Of a stretch of DNA of 64,000 nucleotides, positions 37,179 to 47,219 are shown piece by piece. Positions within the stretch are counted from its first letter, which is position 1. The number at the start of each line of letters is the position of its first letter. This DNA is from an uncultured delta proteobacterium (GTDB lineage: Bacteria; Myxococcota_A; Polyangia; Polyangiales; Polyangiaceae). The notes below the pieces were generated by a model. The model worked only from the letters and a program-made list of their open reading frames with translations. It had not been told where the DNA came from and did no database searches. A program made the position numbers and the translations under genes. The DNA is taken from NCBI GenBank assembly GCA_963696385.1, contig CAVOKF010000004.1, forward strand, positions 896,001-960,000, in the 5' to 3' direction.

Positions 37179-37613
37179 ATGAAGCGGCTCGAGAGGTTGG
37201 TGAAAATCGCGCTGGTGCTCGCAACGCGCCGCCGCCTCCGCGCCGCCGACTTGGCCGAGAAGTTTTCCATCAGCGAACGCACGGTCTACCGGGACTCGGT
37301 CTCGGGGCGCAAACCTGCCGGGCCTCTAGGCAAGGTTTTGGCCGCGGTCGATGCCTGGAGCGTGCTCAGGATCCGCTACGAGCCCGTCGTCCCGGGGTCG
37401 CAGAGCGAACGCGACGTCGAGCCGCTGGGACTGGTTCGTGTCGAGAACGCGTGGCTATTGGTCGCCTACTGTCGCCTTCGGAGCGACGTGAGGGTCTTCC
37501 GAATCGACCGGATTCGCGACGCGCAGGCGACCGGCGAGCGTTTCGCTCCACGCCCCGACGTGTCGTTCTCCGAGGTGATCGATCGCGAGCGAAAGAAGTT
37601 CTCCGGCTCCTGA
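37179..37613 (+). CDS. YafY-family HTH-WYL regulator, internally shortened
   Basis: LAEKFSISERTVYRD (HTH_11) joined almost directly to the WYL domain (RDVEPLGL..WLLVAYCRLRSDVRVFRIDRI); only 144 aa. Confidence 0.75.
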   Translation: MKRLERLVKIALVLATRRRLRAADLAEKFSISERTVYRDSVSGRKPAGPLGKVLAAVDAWSVLRIRYEPVVPGSQSERDVEPLGLVRVENAWLLVAYCRLRSDVRVFRIDRIRDAQATGERFAPRPDVSFSEVIDRERKKFSGS

Positions 37614-37628
37614 CACACCCCTGTCAGG
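37609..37628. promoter_or_regulatory. Perfect palindrome CCTGACA-N6-TGTCAGG, candidate WYL-regulator operator
   Basis: Overlaps the stop codon of the YafY-like gene. Confidence 0.55.
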
Positions 37629-37677
37629 GCCGGTTGGTAGGTTGGCAACCGTGACGGTCCCGCAGGCCGAGATGACC

Positions 37678-37940
37678 AGGGCGGCGCTGGGTGCGCTCTT
37701 GGGCGACATCCTCGGCCATGCTTGGTCGTTCCTCTGGCCCGGCCGCAGCCCGGGTTGTTCGGCGTGGTTGGCGCTGCGGCGGTACTGGCCGCCACGACGC
37801 GGGGACCCATCTCGGCTGTCGTGCTCATGATGGAACTGACGGGCCGCGATCGATCCTTCATCGTGCCGCTGCTTCTCGCGGTGGCGACCGCGACGCTTGT
37901 CTCACGGACGATCGAGCCGCGCTCGATTCTACGACGCACA
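37678..37940 (+). pseudogene. ClC chloride channel C-terminal fragment (frameshifted)
   Basis: ALGALLGDILG..W, then in the next frame VGAAAVLAATTRGPISAVVLMMELTG..IVPLLLAV..EPRSI. Confidence 0.75.
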
Positions 37941-38103
37941 CCTGACCGACGAACAGGTGAAGGCACGACGAAGCGCCCCGGCGTTGTTCGCCGGAAATGC
38001 CCCCGGGCTGACGTCGTGAAGCGCATTCTCTCGATCGGGTCGGCCCGGGAGGAGAAAGCACGTCAACCCGCCTCAAAAGGCAATGCCGGCACCCGCGCCC
38101 CCG

Positions 38104-40566
38104 TTACGACGTGGGGCCCTCAGCGCGCGTGCGGGGGCTGTCGAGTCCCGAGGCATGACGACCGACGGTGACGGAATAATTCTTACCTTCCCAGCTCTGG
38201 GTCTCCTTCCAGAAGAACGTGAATTGGATCACAGAACCGTCCGAACAGTCCTCCGCTGGAAGATCGGCGACCCACATATGGAGAGCGGCTACCGCAATGG
38301 CATCCGCATGGTGCGTGTTCGCCCAGTCGTCGGCGGACCATATGATCGTGGCGTCATGAGCAAGGAGGAGACGCAAAATGCGACCGAACGGCATGCGGGA
38401 GATCGGATGGCAGGCACTCCACATGGCGTGCACCGCCTTCTTCGTCCGGTTGACGACGTACCGCTGGAACGCCGGTTCGACGCGGTCAAAGCACACGCCA
38501 TCGCGCGCACTTCGCACGAGCGACACGTATTCCGCGTGCGCCCAGCACAAAGGCATGGCTGAACCCGTTGGGCGACCGCGCAACATGTGCGCACTCGGCA
38601 AGTCGGCCGTGTCCCAGACCTGCTCCGGTAGCATTCCACCCCGGTTGGCGAATTTCTCGAGCGCATCGATGTATGGCAGGGGGTCGCGTCCGGCCGCCAG
38701 TTCGTAGTGACCGCGTTCGCCCGTCAGCAGCGGCCACGAGCGGCCGACCCCAAAGCCCTCGTACGCTCCTCCGTCGTCCATTTGCCCATAGCCATCGTGG
38801 TTGTAACGGCGCCAGCAGGGCCCTTGCGGCAGATCGCGTTTGAGCACATGATCGACAACCGCTACGGAGTCAACGATCCGTGCATCGTCGGCCGCACGAA
38901 CCCCGAGCCGGACCAGTTGGAGAAAATCGCCACCGACGACATTTCGCGCCGGATGGACGCCACCGCCGTTGGCCACTTGGAGCACGGCCGCGTTCGGATC
39001 GGCCGTGCCCTCGGCTTGCTGCGGCGTGGCGGGCGTGATGCGCACGTAGTGCCGGGGTTTGCCCGGCACTAGTTCACCGCGATCGGTAACTGTCCAGGCC
39101 TCGAGCTCGGCGGACAGCCAGTCCGCATAAGCGACCAAGGCATCCGCTGCGCGGTCTTCCCGCTTGTCGTGCGCAAATTCGGCCGCGCACACCAGGCTCG
39201 CGATGATCGTCGCAAGGGTCGAAGGCGAGTACCCCGCGTTTTCCTCCCATCGTTCCTGCGCCGTGACGGGCCCGTGAAGCATCAAGTACTCCGCCGCGCG
39301 TGAGACCAACGTCCACGGATCGAACTGTCGGAGTGCACCGGCCCGCCGCAAGCGCCAGGCGAGCAAAATCGGCGCGGCCACTTCATCCAGTTGAATGCCC
39401 TTCCAATAGGGCTTGCCCGTAATCGAGCTGTTCTGCGGCATTCGGCCATCGACCTCTTGGACGCACGACAGCCAGATGAGCGCGCGCAACGGAGACTCGG
39501 TTCGCCCACAGGCCAGCAGCGCCGTGGCGGTTTGAACCATGTCGCGCGTCCAAACCAAATGGTATCCGCCCCGATCGCTGTCGTCCTTCGTCTCGCCCCA
39601 TGGAATGCTCAACGAAGCCACAAACGCGCCGGGAAAGATCTTATCCTCGTGGGCCAGCAAAATGCACTGGCTCAGGCGCATCATCCTCGCCCTGTCCCCG
39701 GTCTGTGCGGTCCCTTCAGCCTCCGATCGGGTGCGCTGCCATTGGCTCACGTACTTCTCGCGCTGCTCCGCGAACGGTGTGGCAAGCGCCTGCAGCAACT
39801 GGGTCGTTGCGCTCTCGGCGTTGCGTCCGAACGCAACCGCGACGACGAAATCGAGACCGCGTGACAAGTCGATCTCGCCCGTCAGTGCGATGTTTCCGTC
39901 CTCCGCACGTTCGAATTCCCAATCCATCTTGTAATGGCCCATGACGTCCTGCCAGCCGTCGCTGTGTCCCACGTAGCCGACCGAGCGGCGGCTGAAGTCG
40001 GGTGCGCAGCCGAAGGCCATGTGGACGTCCCGGCGTGACGCGTGAAAGAGTTTTCGGCCTTGCGTGTTTCGCCAACCTGCCGAATTGTGTTGGCCCGTGC
40101 CCTTGAGATGGGGAGCGAGCAGCGCATAAAGATGCAGCTTGCCACGAAGCGTCGGGTCCAGAATCTCGAGGCGCGTGTGCATCAACAGAACCGGCGAGTG
40201 GGGCTCACCGATGATCTCCTTCACGATGCGATAGCGGCCCTTGCGGTCCGAGTTCGTGAGCCGGTAAAGAAGCGTACTGTGTTCCGGCAGCTCGCTCCTG
40301 TGGTCCAGATCGCGCCGCTCCTCGTGGCAAAAGGTCTCGCCGTCCGTGATCAGAAACTGCAGATCGCGGGTGTTGGGCGTATCCACGTGCGGATAATACA
40401 TTTCGTTGACGATCCCATGGCTCAACGTGAACCAGAGGCACGAACTCGTATGGTAGGCGGTGCCGATACCGTCCTTCGCGCTGGACGTCCATCGTGGATC
40501 GATGCCCGGAGCGCCGAAGGCGATGCGAGAGCCGGGTTCGCCTTTTCCTTCAGGCGACTTTGGCAT
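38104..40566 (-). CDS. Glucoamylase / glucodextranase (GH15 with N-terminal beta-sandwich)
   Basis: WTSSAKDGIGT, ASLSIPWG, GGYHLVWTRD, QERWEENAGYS, RYNHDGYG, LPEQVWD, PLCWAHAEY. Confidence 0.93.
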   Translation of the reverse strand: MPKSPEGKGEPGSRIAFGAPGIDPRWTSSAKDGIGTAYHTSSCLWFTLSHGIVNEMYYPHVDTPNTRDLQFLITDGETFCHEERRDLDHRSELPEHSTLLYRLTNSDRKGRYRIVKEIIGEPHSPVLLMHTRLEILDPTLRGKLHLYALLAPHLKGTGQHNSAGWRNTQGRKLFHASRRDVHMAFGCAPDFSRRSVGYVGHSDGWQDVMGHYKMDWEFERAEDGNIALTGEIDLSRGLDFVVAVAFGRNAESATTQLLQALATPFAEQREKYVSQWQRTRSEAEGTAQTGDRARMMRLSQCILLAHEDKIFPGAFVASLSIPWGETKDDSDRGGYHLVWTRDMVQTATALLACGRTESPLRALIWLSCVQEVDGRMPQNSSITGKPYWKGIQLDEVAAPILLAWRLRRAGALRQFDPWTLVSRAAEYLMLHGPVTAQERWEENAGYSPSTLATIIASLVCAAEFAHDKREDRAADALVAYADWLSAELEAWTVTDRGELVPGKPRHYVRITPATPQQAEGTADPNAAVLQVANGGGVHPARNVVGGDFLQLVRLGVRAADDARIVDSVAVVDHVLKRDLPQGPCWRRYNHDGYGQMDDGGAYEGFGVGRSWPLLTGERGHYELAAGRDPLPYIDALEKFANRGGMLPEQVWDTADLPSAHMLRGRPTGSAMPLCWAHAEYVSLVRSARDGVCFDRVEPAFQRYVVNRTKKAVHAMWSACHPISRMPFGRILRLLLAHDATIIWSADDWANTHHADAIAVAALHMWVADLPAEDCSDGSVIQFTFFWKETQSWEGKNYSVTVGRHASGLDSPRTRAEGPTS

Positions 40567-40590
40567 GATCGCCCCTTTCTCGTGGTGACG

Positions 40591-41994
40591 TCACGACGCC
40601 CCCTTCGGCGGTGTGGGTTGGGGCTTGTGCCAGCCGCCGGAGCGATCGATCAGACGATCGGCTTCGACCGGTCCCCAGGTTCCGACGTCGTACTCGTGCG
40701 GCGGAGTCGTGCTGTTCAAGATCGGCGCGACAATGCGCCACTCCGCCTCGACGGCGTCCTCGCGCGCGAAGAGGGTCGCATCGCCCTTCATGGCATCGCC
40801 TAGCAGGCGTTCGTACGCGCCCATTTCGTCTTTGATAGCGTGCGTGGCCAAAAGCTCGACTTCCTGGCCGACCATGGGTTCGCCTGCCGCCTTCGAACGC
40901 ACACCAAGGGCGATCGCGGCATCGGGCCCGAGCCGGAAGCGCACGTAGTTCGAACCGTTCGCACGCTCGAGGTTCTCGCCGAAGGGCGAGCACGGTGGCG
41001 CCTTGAGCTCGACCAGCACTTCGGTGCAGGTGACCGGAAGGCACTTGCCCGCGCGGATGTAGAAGGGCACTCCTGCCCAGCGCCAGTTGTTGATCTGAAG
41101 CCGCAACGCAGCGAAGGTCTCGACCCGCGACTCAGCCGCAACTCCGGACTCGCTCCGGTAGCCGCGGAACTGTCCGCGGACGACGCTCATCGGATCGAGC
41201 GGTGTGATGGCCTGGAGCACGCGCGTCTTTTCGTCGCGCAGCGCCTCGGAATAGCCACTCGACGGTGCATCCATGGCCAGACACGCCGTCACTTGCAGCA
41301 AGTGGTTCTCGATGACGTCCCGGACCGCACCGACTTGTTCGTAGAAGCTTCCCCGTCCCTCGACCCCAAAGGTCTCGGCCATGGTGATCTGAACGCTATC
41401 GACGTAGTTGCGGTTCCAGACCGGCTCGAAGAGCGCGTTGCTGAAGCGGAAGTAGAGCAGGTTCTGCACCGGTTCCTTGCCCAGGTAGTGGTCGATGCGG
41501 AAAATGGCCGACTCGGCGAATACGGCTAAAAGAGAAGCGTTGAGCGCCTGCGCCGACGCGAGATCGCGGCCGAATGGCTTCTCGGCCATCACTCGTCCCG
41601 TCCTGGCGCACCCGGAGCGACCGAGCTGCGCGACGACAATGGCGAACAAGCTCGTGGGAATGGCAAGATAGTGCAGCGGCCTATCGGACGAGCCTAGCTC
41701 GCGGCGCAAGCGGTCGAACGTGGCCGGATCTTTGTAGTCGCCGTCCACGTAGCGGAGCAGGGACAAGAGCTTGTCGAAGGCCGCTCCATCGACGCCGCCC
41801 CCGTGCGTCTGCAGGCTGCTCCGTGCGCGCTCTATCAGCTGATCGAGATTCCAGCCGGCTTTGGCCACGCCGATGACCGGGACGTTGAGATGGCCGCGCT
41901 TGACCATTGCCTGCAGCGCCGGGAAGATCATCTTGTAGGCGAGGTCGCCGGTCGCGCCGAAGAAGACCAGCGCATCGGAGTGGATGGGATCCAT
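40591..41994 (-). CDS. zwf: Glucose-6-phosphate 1-dehydrogenase
   Basis: [41 protein letters not shown]. Confidence 0.96.
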   Translation of the reverse strand: MDPIHSDALVFFGATGDLAYKMIFPALQAMVKRGHLNVPVIGVAKAGWNLDQLIERARSSLQTHGGGVDGAAFDKLLSLLRYVDGDYKDPATFDRLRRELGSSDRPLHYLAIPTSLFAIVVAQLGRSGCARTGRVMAEKPFGRDLASAQALNASLLAVFAESAIFRIDHYLGKEPVQNLLYFRFSNALFEPVWNRNYVDSVQITMAETFGVEGRGSFYEQVGAVRDVIENHLLQVTACLAMDAPSSGYSEALRDEKTRVLQAITPLDPMSVVRGQFRGYRSESGVAAESRVETFAALRLQINNWRWAGVPFYIRAGKCLPVTCTEVLVELKAPPCSPFGENLERANGSNYVRFRLGPDAAIALGVRSKAAGEPMVGQEVELLATHAIKDEMGAYERLLGDAMKGDATLFAREDAVEAEWRIVAPILNSTTPPHEYDVGTWGPVEADRLIDRSGGWHKPQPTPPKGAS

Positions 41995-42069
41995 CACTGT
42001 TTTTCCTCGTGTCCACCGAACTGGAATCGCATCGCAGAGAGCCACCTGTTGGCAAAGTCCTCGGCACCG

Positions 42070-42203
42070 CACACCGTAGGGGTGACGGGCACCGCAACGA
42101 TCTCGCCCAGCTGCTCGATCACGTCTTCGCGAGTCAGAAGCAGAATCGGTCGGCGCTTGTCCGGAGGACGAAACGCATACCAGCGGATCTCACCGCGCTT
42201 CAT
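42070..42203 (-). pseudogene. PemK/MazF toxin, 3'-truncated
   Basis: MKRGEIRW...[10 protein letters not shown]...IVAVPVT, then homology is lost after about 44 aa where it runs into the zwf upstream region. Confidence 0.75.
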
Positions 42204-42417
42204 CGAAGAGTCCGTCCCAACCCTCGCTATCCCACGCGAGAGGGTCATGGACGTCCGAGAACTCACCGGGGTTCACGGGCGCGCAAGCGTAACGCTCGCG
42301 ATCGTCTCTCCCTCGCAAGACGATCACCTCGACGAGTTCGCCCTCTCGAGCGTCGACACCCGTGACGGTAACGACTCCACCTTTGCTGACTTGGGCGACG
42401 ATGCGGTGCGGCTGCAT
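42190..42417 (-). CDS. Putative antitoxin upstream of the MazF-like toxin
   Basis: 75 aa, beta-rich N-terminus (GVVTV..EGELVEVIVL) and acidic C-terminus; overlaps the toxin start. Confidence 0.55.
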   Translation of the reverse strand: MQPHRIVAQVSKGGVVTVTGVDAREGELVEVIVLRGRDDRERYACAPVNPGEFSDVHDPLAWDSEGWDGLFDEAR

Positions 42418-42811
42418 GTGCCACACAACGATACCGCCGATCGTGCGGAGGAGCGACGGCAGCGTGAGCCCCATCGGTCCCAAGCCGTTTGCGCCTCGGC
42501 AACTCGCTCGATTGCCTTTGCGGCCCGCCCTGACGACGCGGCTGGGGATCACGGCAGCGCGATGGCACGGAATCCACGGGGGAGGATCCGGATCACGAAC
42601 CACCCTTCGGGCCAAACCTTCTGGGCGAAACCTTCGGGACTTTCGCCTGCGTTTTGTCCGTTGACCGGACGTTGCCATGCTGATCTCAAATCGCGTGATG
42701 TCGCGTGACGACCCCTGATGCTGCGATGGCGACGAATCCCGCGTCTTTTCATGATGTTTTGAATGAATACCGATGTTTACAGAGCTAAACGAAATAAGGC
42801 TTCTCTCAACA

Positions 42812-42848
42812 CATAACCCGAAGGTCGCAGGTTCAAAGCCTGCCCGCA
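42812..42848 (+). mobile_element. att-like scar: degenerate 3' half of tRNA-Met(CAT)
   Basis: CATAACCCGAAGGTCGCAGGTTCAAAGCCTGCCCGCA covers the anticodon, variable loop and T-arm. No 5' half is present; AT-rich DNA precedes it. Confidence 0.75.
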
Positions 42849-42892
42849 GGGAGCCACACCCTTGGAGCCCGGCACATCATGGGACCTCGTCG

Positions 42893-43553
42893 ATGAAACT
42901 CGGTGTGCTTGCCGAGGTGACGTACGTCGTTGCCACGGGCCTCTTCGCGGCCGCATGCTCGTCGTCGAACACCGTGCCGTCCGGGGACAGCGGAACCGAA
43001 GCCTCCGTGGTGAGCGAGGGGGGCGACGGGAGCAGCGCTCCCGCGGATTGCCGCGGGTAACCCGGAGGGCACCACACGCAGTATCTACGTCGTGGCGTGC
43101 GGTTCGATATGGGAGTGGAGCCAAGGCAACGGTCAGTGGGGGTGCACCGACCCGACGGGTCCCTTCTGCACCAGCGATAGCCAGCTGGGGAACGCACGGG
43201 CCGTGGCGGTAGGAGCCGAATCGTCCACGGTATGGGTTGTCGACAATAACGGCGAAACGTGGAATCCCAATGGAATTGCGGTTGGCGGCAATCCGAATGA
43301 ATTCAGTCAGCCCTACGCGCACTCGATCGCCTTGTTCGGGGACCTGGACAATGTGCCTTTTAGCATCACCGGTGAGGTAGCTGGGGCTGGTAATTTCCAA
43401 GTTTGTGAATGGAATGGCTCGTGGACGTGCCCGGTGGGCGGCAGCTGGACCCAACCAACGGAGGGGGGCTGGGGTAAAAGTGTCTCGGCGTCGGGTAATA
43501 TGGTCGCCGTGCTGAATGCCCAAAACGAGATCTGGATCGATACCGGGGACTAA
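42893..43553 (+). pseudogene. Lipoprotein with Trp-rich tectonin-like repeats, split by a frameshift/deletion near 43045
   Basis: Lipobox LFAAAC with stop at 43060. Another frame gives IAAG..IYVV, VAVG..VWVVDNNG, VSASGNMVAVLNAQNEIW. Confidence 0.55.
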
Positions 43554-43570
43554 CGTATCTACCCAGCCGA

Positions 43571-43975
43571 TCAGTGCCGGTACGACCGAGCGTCGATGCC
43601 GAAGCGCTTCAGCCAGCGCTGCACCTGCATCCGCGCCTTGCCAATCTCGCGCGAAACTTCGCTCACATTTCCCCGGTGCCGCATCAGCGCGGACTCGAGC
43701 TGCTGGCGTAGAGCTTGCGGCGCCTCGATGGGGACAGAGGGGACAGCACCGACCAGTGCGGGCGGCAGATGCCGGATGTCGATGGCGTGGCCGCCCGCGA
43801 GCGTTGCTGCCACCTGCAGCGCGTGATTCAACTCGCGCACGTTCAGGGGCCAGTCGTGCTGGAGCAACACGCGACACGCCGCCGACGTGATGCGGGTACG
43901 GCGCGCGGAGTCGATCGCGCCGACGAGCAGGCCGATGTCTTCGATGCGCTCGCGCAGCGCAGCGGTGCATTCGGT
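43571..43975 (-). pseudogene. Sigma-54 enhancer-binding protein (NtrC/Fis) C-terminal fragment
   Basis: LRERIEDI, HDWPLNVREL and Fis HTH (GNVSEVSREIG). The AAA+ core with GAFTGA is absent. Confidence 0.85.
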
Positions 43976-43984
43976 ACGGGACCG

Positions 43985-44767
43985 GGCCGCCCTTCTCAGG
44001 AGGGCCGCATGCGCGCGAGCCGATCGTCGAGGCGTCGCTCGCGCAGGCGCTTCTCGCCCTCTCGAGCATGTCAGCGCGCGTCGTCTAGAAGAGGGGGTAG
44101 TCCCCGAGCGGCCGCTCGAGCGCCTTCAGCGCCGCGAGGCCCTCCGAGGGTCCCGCGAGCATCGAGACGGCCACCGCTCGGTTCAGCGCCACGACCGGCG
44201 AAGGCGAAACCTCCGTAAGCGCATCGTACAGAGCGACGATCGTCGCCCAGTCGGTCCTTTCCCACCTCTGTGCCGTCACGTGCGCTGCCGCGATCTCGGC
44301 TTGCAAGACGTACGGACCTCGCCCTCCGAGCGAGCGCGCGCGCCGAAGCGCCATCACTGAGCGGAGGAGCTCCCGATTCCATCGCGATCGATCCTGCGCG
44401 GCGAGCAGGATCGGCAGCCCCTCGTTGTCCACGCGCGTGCGCGCTCGCGCAGCGGCGAACGCCATGATCGCCAGCGCGCCGAACGCCTCGGGCTCTTGCG
44501 GCACGAGGTCGCAGAGCAGCCGCGCGAGGCGAAGCGCCTCCGCCTGGAGGTCGAGCCGCATCAACGGGCCGCTCCGCCCGGTGTGCCCCTCGTTGAACAT
44601 CGCGTACAGGACGGCCAGTGCCGCCCCCACGCGCTCTGCGAGATCCGTGCGCTCGGGGTTCGCGTATCCGACGCTCTTGTCCTCGAGCGTCTGCTTCGCG
44701 CGCACCCCGACGATGCGCCGCGCTCGCTGCGCACCGTAAGGTCGACGATCGCCGTCAGGTCCGCCAC
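43985..44767 (-). pseudogene. ECF42-type sigma factor (DUF6596/TPR extension) remnant
   Basis: RAKQTL, LYAMFNEG, QDRSRW, GPYVLQAEIAAAH, TDWATI, SPVVALNRAVA. Sigma regions 2/4 are deleted after about 20 N-terminal codons and there is an internal TAG at 44085. Confidence 0.85.
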
Positions 44768-45468
44768 AGCTCGCGAATCTCCAGGGCGCCGTGCACGACG
44801 AAGGGCGTCCCGTCGGCCCACCGCACCGCGTCTTCGAGGCTCGTCATGCGCACGAAGAATAGTCCGCCGATGACCTCCTTGCTCTCGAGGAACGGTCCGT
44901 CGAACGTTGCGCGTCTCTCGCCGCGCGTCACGATGCGCCGTCCGCTCCTCGGTGGCTCGAGGCGAAGGCCCCCGAGCAACGACGCTTCCGGGAAGCGACC
45001 GCGCGTTTCCTCGTCGATCCGGTCCATCACTTCGACCCACCCCTCTTGCGTCTTGGTGCTCCCGAGCACCGCGCACGCGAAGATCTTGCCCGCCTTTGCC
45101 TCTTTGTCCTTCGGGCACATGCCCTTCATCACCGGGCGCACGTCGATCTCGTCGGTCGGGAGCACGGGAACCTTCGCCGCGAGCTCCGCCGCCTCGTCGA
45201 AGCTGCCCGCCTGGACCCAGTAGTAGCCGCCGAGGGCCTTGCCCTCCTCGGAGAAAGGCCCGTCGCGGACCTCCAGCCGGTCGCCCGCGCGACGGACGCG
45301 CTTGCCCTTTTGGCTGGGGCGAAAGCGCCCGCTGTCCCTGAGCCGCCCCGCGCGGCCCAGCTCCTCGGCATACGCGGCGCTCTGTTCGATGAGCTCCGAC
45401 ATCGCCTTCGGCGGCTGCGACGCATGGGCGTGCTCGTCTTCCAGCGTCATCACCAGGAACTCGGCCAC
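44755..45468 (-). CDS. Tandem YciI/DGPF-domain protein
   Basis: Two domains (DGPFSEEGKALGGYY and DGPFLESKEVIGGLF); typical ECF42 partner. Confidence 0.9.
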   Translation of the reverse strand: MAEFLVMTLEDEHAHASQPPKAMSELIEQSAAYAEELGRAGRLRDSGRFRPSQKGKRVRRAGDRLEVRDGPFSEEGKALGGYYWVQAGSFDEAAELAAKVPVLPTDEIDVRPVMKGMCPKDKEAKAGKIFACAVLGSTKTQEGWVEVMDRIDEETRGRFPEASLLGGLRLEPPRSGRRIVTRGERRATFDGPFLESKEVIGGLFFVRMTSLEDAVRWADGTPFVVHGALEIRELWRT

Positions 45469-45560
45469 CGGCTCACCTCCGCAACTCGTGGGCGCGCGGA
45501 TCGCCGCGGCATGTCGACGCTCAAGCTACCCCTCGCGGGGGAGCGAGGCGTGCCCGATGA

Positions 45561-46067
45561 TCAGTTCTTCTCCGCGCGGAGCATCGCGATCAGGTCCGTG
45601 ACGCCCGGGTCCACTCCGAGCTGCATGAGGATCGTCGTCGCCTGCCCACGGTGGTGCACTCCGTGATTCAGGAAATGAGACACGGCCCACCACGTCGGGT
45701 GGGCCCAGGGATCACCGCGGAGATTCGCGTAGCGCATCTCTCGGTCAAGGGCGTCGACCGTGAGGCTTGCGATGAAGTGCTCGATCGCGTCGTCCGTTGC
45801 GCGTCGATCTGCGAGCAAAGCGTCGAAGTCGTCGTGGATACGATTCTTCGGGAATCGCGGCTTGGGCGGGTCACATGCGGCGAACCTGGAGAGCCACACT
45901 TTGTCCGCGAAGAGAATGTGGTCGAGTGTCGAAAAGAGCGACCCAAAGAAGGCGCCGACGTCGCGCTTGCGCTGCTCGTCGGTGAGCGCCGCCGCGTGCA
46001 TGTAGAGGGACTCGTTCATCCAGCGGTTGTAGCGCGCCATAGCCGAGTAGTGCGTGAGGACATCCAT
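45561..46067 (-). CDS. DinB family protein
   Basis: ARYNRWMN, FFGSLFSTLDHI, HFLNHGVHHRGQ. Confidence 0.9.
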   Translation of the reverse strand: MDVLTHYSAMARYNRWMNESLYMHAAALTDEQRKRDVGAFFGSLFSTLDHILFADKVWLSRFAACDPPKPRFPKNRIHDDFDALLADRRATDDAIEHFIASLTVDALDREMRYANLRGDPWAHPTWWAVSHFLNHGVHHRGQATTILMQLGVDPGVTDLIAMLRAEKN

Positions 46068-46293
46068 GCTGCATGGGTAGCCGATCGGGGTCGGTGCCGC
46101 ACTGGGCTCGATGGCCATCGGAGGTCTGGAAAGAGCGCAGCGCTGACCTGGTTCTCGAGATCGTTGTCGCCGACCTCTCCCGAGCGGTTCGCTTCTCGGA
46201 GTAGACCAGGTCGAAGCCACGGGGATCCCGACGCCGCAAGCCGCCGCAGGCCCGCACGCGGGTCCCAGCGTCGGTCGAGCGCCGACAATGCCT

Positions 46294-47007
46294 CTAGATC
46301 TGCGCAGCCAGCACCCTCGTCTTTTCAGGAATGTCGCTGCCGGTGACAGGCGGCCCGTGCGCCGGCACAACGGTTGTGGGGGCGGCCTTCGTCATGACGT
46401 CATCGACCCAGTCGCGGACGGCCTTCTTGTCCTTCACCTGAAGCCACACGGCTGGCCGGAACAGTCGGTACCCCGGCGCCGAATCGGTCACCGACATCAG
46501 CAAGCGAAACACGAGGTTCGAGGGCAACTTCGGAATGTTCGCGAACAGGTCCGAAGGGTACCAGAAGGACCCGCCGGTGCCGCGCACGGTCGCGATCGCG
46601 TTGCCCACCTTGTGCCCCGGCGAATCGATGACGTTGGCCCTGTCGCCGAGCAGCGGTGCGAGCGCGTCGAGAGGCTCGAAGCGACCAAGCTCGGGAACCC
46701 TCTTTGCGAGCCGATCGATCCCCTGGGCGGGGGCGAAGCTTCTGGCCTGAGGAAAGTGCTTGCGCCAAAGCGACTGCCCCTTCCAATGGAATCCGTTGCT
46801 GGCCACCAGTGCGACGACGTTGCCGAACGGTTTGAGCTCGTCGAGCACGGCGGGTGCGACGCCGCTGCATGGGCTCATCACGATGAGGCCGTCGTCCGCG
46901 CCACGGAAGACGAAGGTCGTGGCGACACCACCCCCGAACGAATACTCACGCCAGAGGATCGCACTCTCGCGTTCGAGTACGTTCCAGCCCAAAGAGGTCG
47001 TTTCCAT
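46294..47007 (-). CDS. Metallo-beta-lactamase-fold hypothetical protein (DUF4336-like)
   Basis: LIVMSP, LVASNGFHW, SDLFAN, VVPAHG. Confidence 0.65.
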   Translation of the reverse strand: METTSLGWNVLERESAILWREYSFGGGVATTFVFRGADDGLIVMSPCSGVAPAVLDELKPFGNVVALVASNGFHWKGQSLWRKHFPQARSFAPAQGIDRLAKRVPELGRFEPLDALAPLLGDRANVIDSPGHKVGNAIATVRGTGGSFWYPSDLFANIPKLPSNLVFRLLMSVTDSAPGYRLFRPAVWLQVKDKKAVRDWVDDVMTKAAPTTVVPAHGPPVTGSDIPEKTRVLAAQI

Positions 47008-47219
47008 CCCACACCTCTGCGCCCTACGAACGGATTCCAATCCGGGCCTGCGTCGGGTTGCAAGACCATCGACGGGCCGCGGTGCGATGCCCTCGAGCAT
47101 CTCGTGTGCGAGGCGAGCCTTCGAAAGCGGCAGCGGTGGTACCGGCGTACTGGCGAGCAGACGCCCGGGCGGTCCCCCCGTGGTGGCACGGCTCCAGCTT
47201 TGGCGGTATCGCCGAGGAG

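Noticed and set aside
42812..42848. Functional tRNA-Met gene
   Set aside because: The acceptor 5' strand and D-arm are absent, the T-loop is altered and there is no CCA end
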